From: Paraspadella gotoi
Lineage: Eukaryota; Animalia; Chaetognatha
Reading direction: 5' to 3'
DNA: 64,000 nt
Assembly: GCA_051294375.1 (NCBI GenBank)
Contig: CM119269.1
Coordinates: 18,712,471 to 18,776,470 of the forward strand
In this document: piece by piece, positions 1-13,977 of the stretch
How positions within the stretch are numbered: the stretch's first letter is position 1
Layout: each line of letters opens with the position of its first letter
Program-made: the position numbers and the translations under genes
The notes under the pieces: model-generated
Seen by the model: the letters and a program-made list of their open reading frames with translations, nothing else
Databases searched by the model: none
What the model was told of the DNA's origin: nothing

Positions 1-130
1 TGGCAAAGCGAGACCGTCCTAGGGTAACCGCGTCAGTGACAGGAGGCGTCACTGAGGGTCAGAAGCTCCCAAAGCCAACAGTGAGATGCCCCATCCCAAT
101 GGGCATCACAGGCAACCCGGCTGTTGCCAT
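1..130 (+). repeat. GC-rich hairpin-rich dispersed repeat; inverted copy 21510-21630, diverged copy ~41440-41530
   Basis: gggtaaccgcg.cagtg.c...aaagccaacagtgagatgccccat.tcaatgggcatca...caacccggctgttgccat is shared. Confidence 0.7.
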
Positions 131-227
131 TGAATGATAATACTGTTCCAATTGAAAACGCTATTTAGTTATTAAAAACTTCAATCGTTTAAACTATGGT
201 CCACAGCATAAATCTATTCAATTTTAG

Positions 228-3200
228 GTGAAACTGCGACGAGCTGTCGACGACTGGCGTCGAAGCCGCGTTCGCCTGATTCTCAATCTCGGCGACATTC
301 TAGACGCCTCTAGCACCCGCCTTGGGCGACGTCGCGAGGACCTGGCGGCGGTGGAGCGGGAATTCGGACGCCTGCTCCTGCCCACTGGTGGCGGAATCAG
401 AAGTGAACTCGGCGGCGGCAGCCACGGCACCGAAGTGCTCCATTTGATCGGCAACCATGACCTCTACAACGCCGATTTAGGCGAGTGGCAACGAATTCTG
501 CTAGAATCGATGACTATGTCAGTGCCTGGACCCGATTTCCGGCGCTCCTTTTCACCGACGCCCGGAGTTCGCTTCCTTGTGCTCCACAGTTACGCCCTCA
601 GCGTGCTCGGCGGCGACGGGATGATGGGCGGCCTCGACGGGAGGGCACTGCTTAACGCGCGAAACCCGAACTACAACAAGAACTTGGTCAAAAATCTTGA
701 GGGTGTCGAGCGGAGGTGGACCGCCTACAACGGGGGACTCGGCGACGAGCAGCTCGAGTGGTTGCAAGCCAGACTGACTGCGGCGTCGGCGGCCGGCGAG
801 AAGGTCCTACTCTTTTCTCACATCCCTCTTCATCCGCAGGTGTGTCTGGGGTTAATAAAGAGCGGGGCGGAGGGGTGAGACACGAGGCAGTTAGAGGGGC
901 CAAGATACTTATTTTTCTGCTCAGCGCTTTTGTACGCCAAGAAAAATAAATTTAAAAAAATGGCAGATAAGTAGTCGGTAGCGTTAACGCCAGAGGATGA
1001 GACAGACGTGGGGACAACGATAATTAATTAGGATGGAATGTGACGTTAAATGTCGACACTTAGGAGATACGGCATATCATATAGCAGCATTGAGTCCGGC
1101 CTGAGCTTCGCGATAGGCTGTACCCCCGAGTTACAGGCGGGGTTAAGCGCGCGGCCGGTCCCACTTATGAGTCGAATGTGAACGTTAAATATCGCGGAAA
1201 ATTTATAATATGGCATATTCGGATAGCTTAACAGGAGTAATTCTTGAAAACTTTAGAGGTTCTTCTCGTAAATCTTAATATTTCCAAAAAGGACAAAATG
1301 TAAAATTTGATTTTTTACGATTCCTAAAGATAACCACGCTAGACACCCGCCTTAGCGGCGCATGGTATTTTTCTTGCTTTTTTGTGTAATCTTTTTTTGC
1401 CTCTCTAATATGACGCGCCGTAAAGACAAAAGTGTTAAGAGAGCCAGAATTTGATTCAATCAGGTTAAAGCGGGAAAGTTAATGAGTACTGTTTAACGTG
1501 TTTTTTAAGCTAGCGTAATTTCTTGTGATAAAGGATGGGAAGGTGTCTCAAAATAGATGTGGAGGTAAAGTTATGAGAAATTTGAAGTTTACAAATATAT
1601 GGTTTTTTTTAGCAATTTCCGCGTTCTTTTAAAGAGAAACATTTGATGTCAAATTTCTAATCAATATTTTTACAACTGTGTTTCCTCCATCGTTCGAAAT
1701 TTCAAATTATCGTGCGTTGTGTTCTGTGCTCGATCTTCATGCCAGACCGATGTGAGACACATCGCCAGCAAGCCAACATTTTTTTTATTGTAAAATGGTA
1801 GAGTGAGATGAGACTGCGGGGTTTCCGCGGTGCGAGTTGCTCACACGGCACTTCTGAGAGTAATGCTAGTAAACGCGTTGAGGGAAAGACGACGCACTGA
1901 ATTGTCTACTAACGTGCCTAATCCGCTAACGGCCTAATCTCGTAAGCACTAATGCCCATAACCTAATCTGCTATCCCTTAATCTACGCCTTTGATCCCGT
2001 AAGCGTGCGAAACCACTAACACAAGATAATGCCTCAATGTTTTGTCGAAGTCGCGATGCTGACGTCTGGAAGTCTATGCCACAGGTCATGAAGATACAAT
2101 TTAATTTGAAATCGCATGGTTAAGAAAAAGTAAGTTACTGTAGTAAACTGGTGTTCTTATGCGAGAGTGTTAGAAAAAAAAATATTGTTGAAAATCATTT
2201 TGGCATTACTCATTTTGCGGATCGATGGCGGATGAAATCCGAATACATTCAAGGTCCGTTATATAATATTAATCATTATATTTAATTAGAATGGTAGGGA
2301 TTCCCATGATTCCCTATATAATTTAAGCTAGTTTTCAAAAACTCAGATACAGTAAAACATTTTAGAACAAATTTGTATTTAATCCATGCTAGGTATCCAG
2401 TTGTTTATCAAGATTTTAAAAAAAATAGTAAATTCATCATAAAGTTCCAGGAATTATAGTCGACAAAGTGAGTCTGAAATAGAGAAAAGCCTTATATCTC
2501 CTAAAGAAATGATTTTGACAACTGATATTGCTTGAGAGGTTTCCGATGATAGTCCTAATTAATTAAAAGCATATATTATTTTTGTAGGCGTGAACTAACT
2601 TATTCCGATAAAAAAATTATTTCGATGATAGTGGCGTCCCTCTTAACTGCCAGACGACCACCGGCTAGAACCCCGGACCTTTGGGTTGGGAGGCGAATGA
2701 CTTGCCTCCGGCACCAATGGCCGCTGATGACGGTTGGTGATTTTATGTCCACCATACATCCCCCCTCCCCGTAGGGAGAAGTCTGTTGCGTCTCTTCAGT
2801 GAATTGTTGTTGGTGGAAAGTTCGTCACCAGTGAGGCATGTCGCCTGATGTGTTGTGGGCGGAAAGTGCAGTCGCCAGGTTGAGGCATGTCGCCTGAAAG
2901 GTGTTGTTGTGCTGTTGTGTTCGGAAGTCGGGCTCACCAATGAAGAGACAGTAATTATTGATAAGTGTTAATGACAGAACCATTCAATATAAGCAGTCCC
3001 TGAGCTTCGGATCAGGCTGTAACACCGAGTTAACAGGCGGGTTAAGCGCCCCGTCCCTCTTAACTGCCAGACGACCACCGGGCTAGAACCCCGGACCTTT
3101 GGGTTGGAGGCGAATGACTTGCTCCGGCACCAATGGCCGCTGATGAACGGTTGGTGGATTTTAGTCCACCATACGAGTAACGCGGAGAGTTAGTTTTAAA

Positions 3201-6200
3201 AAAAGCTTAAATTTGAAATCCCCTGGAGAAGGGGATGAGGCTCGAATGAAACTTTCTGTATATGACACAAATGAAAAATGGCGTAACGTTTACTTCCGTG
3301 CATAAAAAAATTCACTGTTACAATATTATTATATTCTTTTTTTGATTTTTGAACGTTATAGTTTCATATGCTGATATCCAAATATCAATGCAACTCTTTC
3401 ATATTTATTCGAATAAGAATATGTAATAGAAAAAAATAAAAAAAAAATAATAGTACTAATAGTTAGTGTTATGTCTCAATAGATGGAAAAAAAACCCTCA
3501 TTTAAAAATTCGATCGGGAAGTGGGGTAACTAAGGCTTACCAATGGCATCCTCCACGCCGATTGTTCTCTCAAAAATTTTTTTTATTTAATACATTTGAA
3601 GGGAAAAAAAGTTTGGATAGCAGGTTGGCAGAAAGGGTACAAGTAATCTGGACTTATTGACATGATAACCATGACTTTTAATATCTTGTGAAATGGGGGC
3701 AGTAAAGAAATCTAAAAAATTCATCATTAAGTCAGTCAATGAACCCTTTCCAATGAGCTATTACGAGAAATATTTTTCTTAATTAAATGGATGATAAATA
3801 ATAAAATTAAATTCTTGCTATATTTAAAAATAATCCACAATACAAATTAACACAATGATATTTTGCTTTGTCAAATATGTTACCAGCTATATCATTTTTT
3901 ACAACTTTAATATGATAGAATAGAGCAGTGTGTCAAGCTTTTAGTTTGCAGTTAAAGATAATGAAAAATGACAATTTTTTTTTTCACAGACAAGAAGGTA
4001 GATGTCAAGACTGTTTATTATCAAGCTGAAAACATTTTTGTATTTATCATTTTTAATATTTAAAATATATTTTATCAAGCTACAACATAAATTTTTGCTT
4101 GTTTTTTACTTTAACTGAAAAATATAAGCAATTTTATGGAATAAAAATTTAATATAACAAAATGTAATTCAGTTCTTTCCTTTTTCAAATTACAAAAGAA
4201 AAAGAAAAAATTTCATATGTCTTCATTGAAATTTTTAAGCAAAAAACTGTTATACTTTTACTCTGATTTAAACAAAAGCTGTGTAAAGATTATTGGATTT
4301 AATTTAATAAAACTCTTTTAGAAAGGTGTCCCATGATAGGGCTTTCAATTTGATACCACATCCACTTTGCTACCTCTTCTTTCAAAAGTTATTTAAAAAA
4401 TAACGTTTTTAAATTACACAGTACAAATCTTTGTTAAATAAAAATTTCGGCAAAGCGGGGAGTATCTCACTTATTTCTGTTGGTACAATACTTAAATTTC
4501 AAATAAAACTTGAAGAAAATTTTTTTGTCATTTAGAGACATATCACTTTCAGATGTACCCATCGTATAATAATTTATTTATTTATTTCCCCAAAAAAGCC
4601 TAATTAGAAAAATTGAAATTTTTTCAAATTGTTGGGAAAAAATTTCATCCGACTATGTGCTCATTGAGAATAATGGTTTTGGCATAGAAATAAAATTTAT
4701 CAAAAAAATAAAAAATCAGCCCTCTAGAAAAATCAAAAGGCTAGAGGCTGATTTTTTTAGAATTGCAAAATTTTTTTCCTGACTCATAATCCATTATTCT
4801 CAAGTTTCAAAATATTTTTTTCCAAAATCATTCATCAATTTTTTTAATTAATTTAAAATGTTTTTATGATGTTGTTTTTGTTTGAGAAGAATTGAAAAAA
4901 AGTGAAAAATATAGTAATTATATAAGGTTTTGTGAAAATACCTTTAAAATATTAATAATTAGACACAAGGGGAGTAAGCAGAGAAAATTCCCATTCATAT
5001 AATAGAAAATTGAAATGATTTGGTCATATTGTTATTTGATTAATTGACTAATTACAAAACCAAATGATTCATATAAATTGAGGGAAATGATGGGTAAAAA
5101 ATATTCATCTTGGTCTCGGGTTAACTATTAGGTTATCGTTAAAGTTTTGTTTTAATATTTAATATTTTTTTTGCATTTATAAAGCAATGGTCTAAAATTT
5201 GTGTAAGCGTTTTGAGCTATATTGCTTCATCTTTTTACTATTTTTGATCTAGTTAGCTTGTTTTGTTGATGTCAGGGTAGTGGTCAGATACCAATATGTC
5301 CAGTAGTGTATATCGCACATATTACGAAAAGTAGTGATCAATTTAAATTCGGCTGCAGAAACAATTTTAAAGGGACAAAATCAGCACGAGGACCGTTTCG
5401 CCGACGTTATTTTGTCATTGTGCTCACTATCAGCACTCAGAAGACATAGACAATGCCGTATGCAAGAACGTCCATTAAACAAAACTAGAACGCAAACGCA
5501 TATGCACATGCACATTGCACATGAAGCTTCTTATATTACATCAGATAGCAAAGTACCATAGCATAAAGGAAAAAAATAAACTGGCGCTTTAACTTTTACA
5601 TTTTTTTTCGGTACATTAATTATAAAAAAAGAAATTTATATTATTAATTAAAATAATTTAGGTTTTTGTCTTTTGAAAGCGCCGTATTTCAACCAAATGC
5701 AACAAAAAGAGTACATAAGAAAATCAGTAAGCAAAAAAATTATTTCCTTTATTTTCATTATTAAATTAGTTTGTTTTTTATTTATATATAATTTTCCATA
5801 TTTTTAAATATTTTTTGAGTTAAAAGTATATCATTAAAAATCTTTGTTTTTGGTTAGTTTCATGTCAAAAGGATAAATCTATTGAAAAGAAACTTATGCT
5901 TGAGAATGGTTTTTTGATATTGTGAGGCATAAATAAAAGTCTGGGTAATTATAACGAACATTTTTATTCTAAATCTATATTTATATTCATCTTTAATATT
6001 AGTTCCAGAGCCAAAAAATAAAATATACTTAAGAAAACAAATATTGAATATTTTTTAAAAAAGATCCCCCATAAGATGCACACGATCATTAGCGGTAATT
6101 AATTAATTAGTGAAAAGAATTATTAATAACACATAACACAACTAATTAATTGATTTAGCACGACAAAAACATCGACAACTATGATGGCGATGACAACGAC

Positions 6201-8315
6201 GATGATTAATTGAATGATTGATTGATTAATTAACTAATTAAAATATTATTTAATAACTACTTTTATTGATTTATAAATCAATTAATAGATTAATTGATTG
6301 ATTATTTAATTATTTAATTGGTTGATTAATTAATTGATAAATTAATTGATTAAATGAATAATTAATGTCGCTAACATTTATACTTGATATTGTAAAAAAA
6401 AGGATAATCAAATAGTGAAACAGGTTTTTTTTTTTTTTAAACTCAAAAATCCTCTCGTAGTACATTATTAATCTGCCAAGTATTATCTAAAAATATTATA
6501 TTTACTTTAATCATTGCATATAGAACAGAACAACATAAGGATACACCCGCAAGCTTCAACGAAACTATAAGTATAAATGGTAAGAACAACTATGCTCCGC
6601 TGAATTGAGATAAAAACATCCGCGGTCACCAAAGCCCTTAGCTTAACGATAATCTCGCCGGTTGAAAAGTACAGCTTTTGCTTCGTTAAAAGTTTAACAA
6701 TGCCAAGCATCCAACGAAGCCCAGTACTAATAGGCCGCCATTAGGACTAATTGTAATAAAACTTCCTGTATGACCGCCTGGCGTTTAATGACCCCGTAGA
6801 GAACCGAGAAGTTGCCTGAAAATTCCCTGCTCAGTTTCCGCCAGTGACTCACGTTTATGTATTTATCCAGGCTAGTGTGTGAATAAACTGACGTAAAGTT
6901 GTGATAGATTGGCCGTCTAGGTGACTTTTAATTTTAGTTTTCTAATTCGTCTTTTCATTCATTCAGATTTTATCTTCGTACATTCAATGTTTCTTTTTAT
7001 TTCCTTCGCTGTCTCTGTTTTCATCTTTCACATAATAAGAAAATCACTGCGGCGCAAAATATTTAACTTGCCGGTTCTTGTTTTAAGATATTTTTACTAT
7101 TTTTCTTTTTTTTTAATTTTTATTTTTATCGAGCCAGGACAGGCTTCGCCTGGTCCTGGCTCTATAATTTTTAGGATTGCTTCTTTGTGACGTAGTCGTC
7201 GTCGTCGTCGTCCGTCACGCTGTTTTCATATATAAAAACTACTACGCTTTTATAGTTTGGCTGTGACTTACCCGTTTTTTTTAAAATAAAAATTATTATG
7301 AATTATGATTAAAGTTTTACAAAAGTGTGCGATCATAGTAAGTTAAAAATTTAGATATGGCTTTTCATCTTGAAATAGCTGTGATATTTTCATATTAACA
7401 TTTGGATTTAAGTATTTTTGTTTGAATTTCCACTTCATTATGATTTACTGCAATATGCAAACTGAGATTAAAGTACTCATATAATATTCCAAATTAGTAT
7501 ATAGAAATGCTTTAATCTAATTTACATATTGCAGTATATAATATTGAAGATGAAATTTAAAAAATTTGTTTTGAAATTTTTAATAAAAATTGGAACTCAA
7601 AGGATTTTTTTAATGAGAAGCTATATCTTAATTTTAATACAAATATAAATTAAATCTTTTACAAGCTGCGATTGGAAAAAATTGGAAAAATTTCCAATTG
7701 TAAACAATTGTAACATATTTTTGCCTTTCTTTTATTCTTTTAAATTATATATTGAGGCCTCGGCCCTATTACTGTGTCCGGTCAATCTAAGGTCATTGCC
7801 AAAGCAAGGGCAAAGTGGACCGTGTTGAGTAGACCGGCACGGAGAAAGAGGAGAGAGGAAGGTTAAGAGAGAGAGACCGGAGGTAAGTCGCCTCAATATA
7901 TATATTTGTCTCTCTTTCTCTCTCTCTCTCTCTTACGATCTCATGCCTGATCGTTTCGTTTTTTGAAAAATTCTGATTATTTTTTCCTTCTTAAAACTTT
8001 TATTATTGCCATTTATTCCGCGCTTTTTTCACAATACAAAATCCCAAATTTACATCCGAGATTCTCCTGGATTTTTTGGATAAAATGTTAGGAATATCTT
8101 ACTTGACCTACATTTCAACCAAACTATGTCGAGGAACATGACCTAATAACGCTTTTGATGGCAACGGAAACGTTACGTATATAAAAAAAAATCAACTTGA
8201 CCGAGATCACGTCGCCGTTGCTAGGCAACGGATCCGATATAACGAGAGTGACCTAATATTACGTATCGTTGGCGGGAAAACTTTCTGTCTCTCTCTCTCA
8301 CTCTCTCTCTCTCTT

Positions 8316-8369
<54 letters not shown>

Positions 8370-8435
8370 AAAAAACATTTTAGTCACTTTTTTTTCACCA
8401 CGACGAGCAAACGATTAAACGAGTTCCAGCTCTCT

Positions 8436-8468
<33 letters not shown>

Positions 8469-8521
8469 TCTCCTCTCTCTCTATCTTTCTCTCTCTCTCC
8501 TCTCTCTTCTCTCTCTTCTCT

Positions 8522-8553
<32 letters not shown>

Positions 8554-8669
8554 CTCCTCTCTCCTCTCTCCTCTCTCTATCTCTTTTTTTATTTTTTTAG
8601 TCTCTTTTTTTTTCACCACCGTCACCGGCGACGAGTAAACGAGTTCCGGCACTGCGGCGTCAGTCAGCT

Positions 8670-8743
<74 letters not shown>

Positions 8744-9864
8744 CTCTCTGTACGATCTCTTTGCGTGATCGTTCGTTTTTTTGAAAAATTTGATTATTTT
8801 TCCTTTAAAGACTCTTATTATCGCCATTTTTTTAATACAAAATCCCAAATTACATCCGAGATTTTCGTGTTTACATTTTAGATAAAGGTAAAAATAACTT
8901 AAAATGACATGCAATGTCACATGTGCATCAGCTAATGTGACAGGTAGGCGATACCTGTATGTATGTATGTATCGTTTTCTTAAAAAATAATTTTTTTGTG
9001 TTTTTATTTATTACGTAACTTTGGACCGGTCGGCCCATTATTATAATATACATAATGAGTCGAGAAGAGAGATATAGTCAAAATAAACATTACTTTTTTG
9101 TTATTCTGATAATTTGTACTATTATTAAATGTATAAATATTTTTAGTGTTAATATTAAATCATTTTTATCTTTTTTTTAAAATAATAATTATTTGAGTTT
9201 TGTTAACTTATTATAAATTAATTAAATATGCAAATATAAAATTGACCTCGGTCTGGTTTCTTCCTAAAAAAAGAACAATCAAAAATTTCATTCAAGATTA
9301 AAATTTATTAAAATGAGAAAATAAATTTTTTTTTTTGATAAGTAAAAAAAATATTTGGAAATCAAAAAATTCATAGTCGTTAACTGAGTATTGTGAACTA
9401 TATATTTTGTTAATAGGGATTATAATTTATTTCTATCACGTTCTAAATATTTGTTTGCGGTGCTCTCTCTGTCTCTCTCTCTCTCCGTCTCTCTTTCTGT
9501 CTCTCTGTGTGTGTCTCTCTCTTTGTCTCTCTCTGTCTCTCTCTGTGTGTCTGTCCTCTCTGTATGATCTTTTGCGTGATCGTTCGTTTTTTTAAAAATT
9601 CTGATATTTTTTTTTTTCTACTAAAAACTTTTATTATCGCCATTTATTATTTTATCTCAATACAAAATCCCAAAATACAATAACTTACTTGACCTAGATT
9701 TCGTGGTCGTTGCGGGCAACGAGTAAACAATGTCGAGGAACATGACCTAATAACGCGTTACGTGTATAAAAAAAATCAACATGACCCAATTTCACGACGC
9801 CGTTGCGAGGCAACGGATAACCGATATAAACGAGAGTGACCTAATAATGCGTCTCGTTGGTGGG

Positions 9865-9901
<37 letters not shown>

Positions 9902-9914
9902 ACTCTCTCTCCCT

Positions 9915-9958
<44 letters not shown>

Positions 9959-11596
9959 ATCTCCTTTTTTTTTTACAAAAAAAATTCTTATTAAGTTTTT
10001 TTTTGCTTTTCTTTTTTGAATCAGTAGGGCGCGAACCCGAGTCCTTTGGATTGGAAGGAGCTCGCGCTACCTCCGAGGCTCCCGGACGAGTTCAGCTTCT
10101 TTCTTTCTCTTTAAATTATATGTTGCTCTCTCTCTCTCTTTTTCCCGTCGCTGTTGCTTCTGATTCTGATTTGTGACGTCGTCGTCGTCGTTGTTGTCGT
10201 CCGGCATCACATTTTTATCTTGCCAACTTGCATAACTTTTTCAACTTGCATAATTTTTTCAACTTGCATAATTTTTAACTTGCATAATTTTTTAACTTGC
10301 ATAATTTTTTAACTTGCATAATTTTTTAACTTGCATAATTTTTTTAACTTGCATAATTTTTTAACTTGCATAATTTTTTAACTTGCATAATTTCTTAACT
10401 TGCATAATTTTTTCAACTCGCATAATTTTTTCAACTCGCATATTTTTTTCAATTTGCATAATTTTTTGCAACTTGCATTTTTTTAACTTGCATAATTTTT
10501 TCAACTTGTATAATTTTTTTAACTTGCATAATTTTTTCAGCTTGCATAATATTTTCAACTTGCATACTTTTTTCAATTTGCATAATTTTTCAATTTGCAT
10601 AATTTTTTCAACTAGCATAATTTTTTCAATTTGCATAATTTTTTTAACTGCATAATTTTTTTAAACTTGCATAATTTTTTCAACTTGCATAATTTTTTCA
10701 ACTTGCAATTTTTCAACTGCATAATTTTTTCAACTTGCATAATTTTTTCAACTTGCATAATTTTTCAACTTGCATAATTTTTTCAACTTGCATAATTTTT
10801 TCAACTTGCATAATTTTTATACTTGCATAATTTTTTATACTTGCATAATTTTTTTAACTTACATAATTTTTTTAACTTGCCACCATTTTTTCGACTTTTA
10901 ACTATCTAGTTATCGAGTTTCATTAGTTAGGCAGTGAGGAAGTTGAAATGTGTGTCCATTTTCTTTGTTTCATATCGATTCAAATATTTTTTGTTTGAAT
11001 TTCCATTTAATATGATTTACTGCAATATGCAAATTAGATTATAGTAATTTTCTTTGATAGTAAAAAAACTTGGCGAGATCACTATACTTTTAAGATTTTT
11101 TTTCTATTATTCTTATAAAAATATAAAAATAAAGCCATATGATCAGACAGTCAATGCGGTATAGTTCTTAAAAAATAGGTTATTTTAGTTATTAATTTAT
11201 AGATGAAAGATAATATATTATGATAGTGGTACAACCAATATAAAAATTATCCATTCATTTAATAAATAAGCTATCTTGCCCCTGCCTCTATCCGACTCGC
11301 CCTTCCCCCACTCTCTATAACAGTCCTCCAAATACTTTGCCTGGGATTACGACAAGGCCCTCGACTGCCTGGCGAAATTCCCCGACACCGTGGTCGCGGC
11401 CATCGCTGGTCACGATCACGCGGGAGGCTTTCATCGTGACAAGGAAAGAGGACTCTCATTCCTCACCCTTCGATCTATGGTCGAGGAAATGCCCGGCACT
11501 GAAGCTCATTACACGGCCGTGCTGCATCCGGGCAAGCTCGTTGTCACGCGAGGCAAGGATCGAATGATCGAGATTATTTGGTCGACTGGGGGTTGA
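228..11596 (+). CDS. ADPRM: Mn-dependent ADP-ribose/CDP-alcohol diphosphatase-like metallophosphoesterase; last two exons 228-839 and 11324-11596 (5' exons lie outside the window)
   Basis: Calcineurin-like motifs NLGDILD, LIGNHDLYN, YNGGLGDEQLEWL, FSHIPLHP and AGHDHAGG. Acceptor ttttag at 227, donor cag|gtgtgt at 840, acceptor aacag at 11323. The phase-0 join gives ...HPQ|SSKYFAWDYDKAL...WSTGG*. Intron is ~10.5 kb. Confidence 0.85.
2635..3173 (-). mobile_element. Second copy of the TRIM-like element (one LTR truncated)
   Basis: Near-identical to 17520-18060, including PBS and PPT. Confidence 0.85.
3530..5415 (+). repeat. Long AT-rich dispersed repeat; direct copy split across 57491-58230 and 60856-61330
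   Basis: Long colinear matches, e.g. ggcttaccaat..catcctccacgccgattgttctctc and ggcaaagcggg..gtatctcac. Confidence 0.7.
8285..8750 (+). repeat. (CT)n microsatellite cluster within a repeated element family (also 7905-8280 and 9460-9960)
   Basis: Direct inspection. Confidence 0.9.
10016..10085 (-). repeat. tRNA-Gly-derived SINE-like fragment
   Basis: gagcctcggaggtagcgcgagctccttccaatccaaaggactcgggttcgcgccc: A/B-box-like with a cttccaa loop, similar to the module in the LTRs. Confidence 0.45.
10224..10880 (+). repeat. Minisatellite, ~18-20-bp unit aacttgcataatttttt(c)
   Basis: Over 30 tandem units with a variable T-run. Confidence 0.95.
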
Positions 11597-13977
11597 CAGA
11601 TGGGCCGACCAACTTTTGCGGACAGCAGACCTGTACAGATTTGAAAAAGTAGGTTGAGGGGCTGAGGGCGGGAAATTACCGTAATCGTTCTATGCACGGA
11701 TTCGGGGAAAAAAAATTACTAATAGTATATCACTTATATTCATTTTTTATCATTTCATTTCTGTTTATGCTTGTATTTACTGAAAATGAAATTTATTAAA
11801 ATTTATTAATATTTAATTCATGATTATTATTCGAAACTTGTCAGTGAAGTGAAGTGAAGTGAAGTGAAGTGAATAATCCAGATGATCCCCAGTCGACCGT
11901 CGTCACGAAGAAGAATTTCACCACGTGATCTCTCTCTCCCCCTGCCTCCCCCCTCCCTCTATTTTTTTTTCATTTTTTTCACTGACCTCAAATATTCCTA
12001 TTTTTCTCATACTAAATTCTTGTCACATTCATCATCGTCAAATTTTTGTCGGGGCACAGCGACTTTCAATTCTTGGGTGAATTTTACTTTCGACGACCGA
12101 AGTAAGGGGGGCTTAGAATAGTTTAGGTTAAAGGGTGGTGTGGGTTAACAAGGTTTAGGGTGAGGGTAATTAAATAATAATAAGTATTTTTTTTAAAAAA
12201 CGCCAAAACCTCGTTCGGCGAAAGTAAAATTTAGCCGTTGTACCAATTTCTTACTATATTACTATATTACTACATTACACAAATTGGAAGTCGTTTCTTT
12301 GAAACAATTCTTTTCAACTTCAACTGTTTAAACTAGAATACAGTTAATTTTATATCCGTTATAAATTGAAATAATTAACAATTAGTTATAATTAAAGAAT
12401 TTATTTATGAAAAATATTACTTTTTTCAACATCGAAGCGGTTCGTTATTTTTGTTTTTTAAGGTTATTTTCGTGTTTTATGAATTTCAATTTGGTACAAT
12501 TCCTCTCCAGTCTTCTCGTACGAGAAAATAACATTAACAATATACAATATAAAAATTATACGTACCATCATCGTTGGACCCCCGTTTTGACGAAATGAAA
12601 TAAACTGTTACCAAGTTTGAGCAAACAATGCCGGATCTGCCCACGATCATTAATTTGTCAATTAATTAATTAATTGACATGATCCGACATTTTTGTTTTT
12701 AAGTCTTTTCGACCATGACAAAAGCAACGACGACGTTAATGCCTATAACGATTAGTTGATTGACTTACCTGATTGATTGATTTATTAATAGAATAATTAT
12801 AAAATTAAATAAATTGATTGATTGAATAATTAATTGATTGATTAATTAGCTGATTTATTAATTTATTAATTAATACATCTTGCATTTACATTTAATATAA
12901 AGAGGAAAAAAAGCAAAAACAATTAGTAAAACAGGTTTTTTCTCATTTAAACTCATTTCCACTCGGACGATTTCCAGCTTAATTACACACTTTCCTGCCC
13001 ATATACAAAATTTTTTTTGTTTAAAAAAAAATAACTTTTCAAACCGTAGTGATAGTGGGGAAGGATGCTCGAGCCAGCTCTCGAATTGCGAGTTTGAAAG
13101 ATGCGGGGAGTAAAGGGGCAGTGGGTGTACGAGGCCGGCCGAGTCCGCCGCTGTGAAAAAAAAACAGCTGAGTCGCTCTTTGTCACGACTCACAAGTCAC
13201 GATACAGTTCGTTTCGGCTGTTAACTGCGGAAATCTAACACCGCCAACCCATCTTATCTCATTTCGTCGATCAAAAAAACAAGAAATGTAAACACACAAA
13301 AAAAAAAAAATGGTCAGGAAGCGAACCAGACTGGTCGCCCTCCTCGTGGCCCACTAAAATATTTACTAAATATTTACGTTCATGCAATCCTCTTCCTCCG
13401 CAGTCCGCAGCCAAACGTTTAACTTTAATCAACCCTTTAATTTTGTAGTCCGTTCTTTATGGGGGCTGGTTTTTACCAATATCATCATCCTGTTTCTCTT
13501 TGTAGTTTGTTATATACTGTAACTTTTATTCGGAAGTCTCTGTTGATAAATTAAAATTTTGAATGAGGAAAAAAAAAAACTTTTTCCTAAAAGATTTATT
13601 GCCCAAATTTCGAATATATATTGAATTGGCCTCTTTTATTACTTTCAAGTTACAAGAGTAGAACTGACTTCGAGATTACTTAAAGTTAAATCAATGTATG
13701 CATAAAAACTGAGATTATGACAACGGAAAGAAATGACTGCGCAGAATAAGTTCGTTGGAGATCATTTCGTAAATGCCGATCATTTCCTTCGTCTTTCTTC
13801 ACCTCGCCTTCCTCACCCTCGACAGATTCGCGAGTGTCAAGTAGCACTTTTGTATCAAATGAACCTCGAATACGCCTTCACTCCGTCTTTACAAGTGACG
13901 TCCAAAATTCGTCAAAGGTTTTGTGATATTTCGGCATATTCTTGCTTGGTTGATCACACGTGTTTGCGACGGTCACG

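Noticed and set aside
8395-10655. ER-, LS- and KLCK-repeat ORFs
   Set aside because: Translations of microsatellites and the minisatellite.
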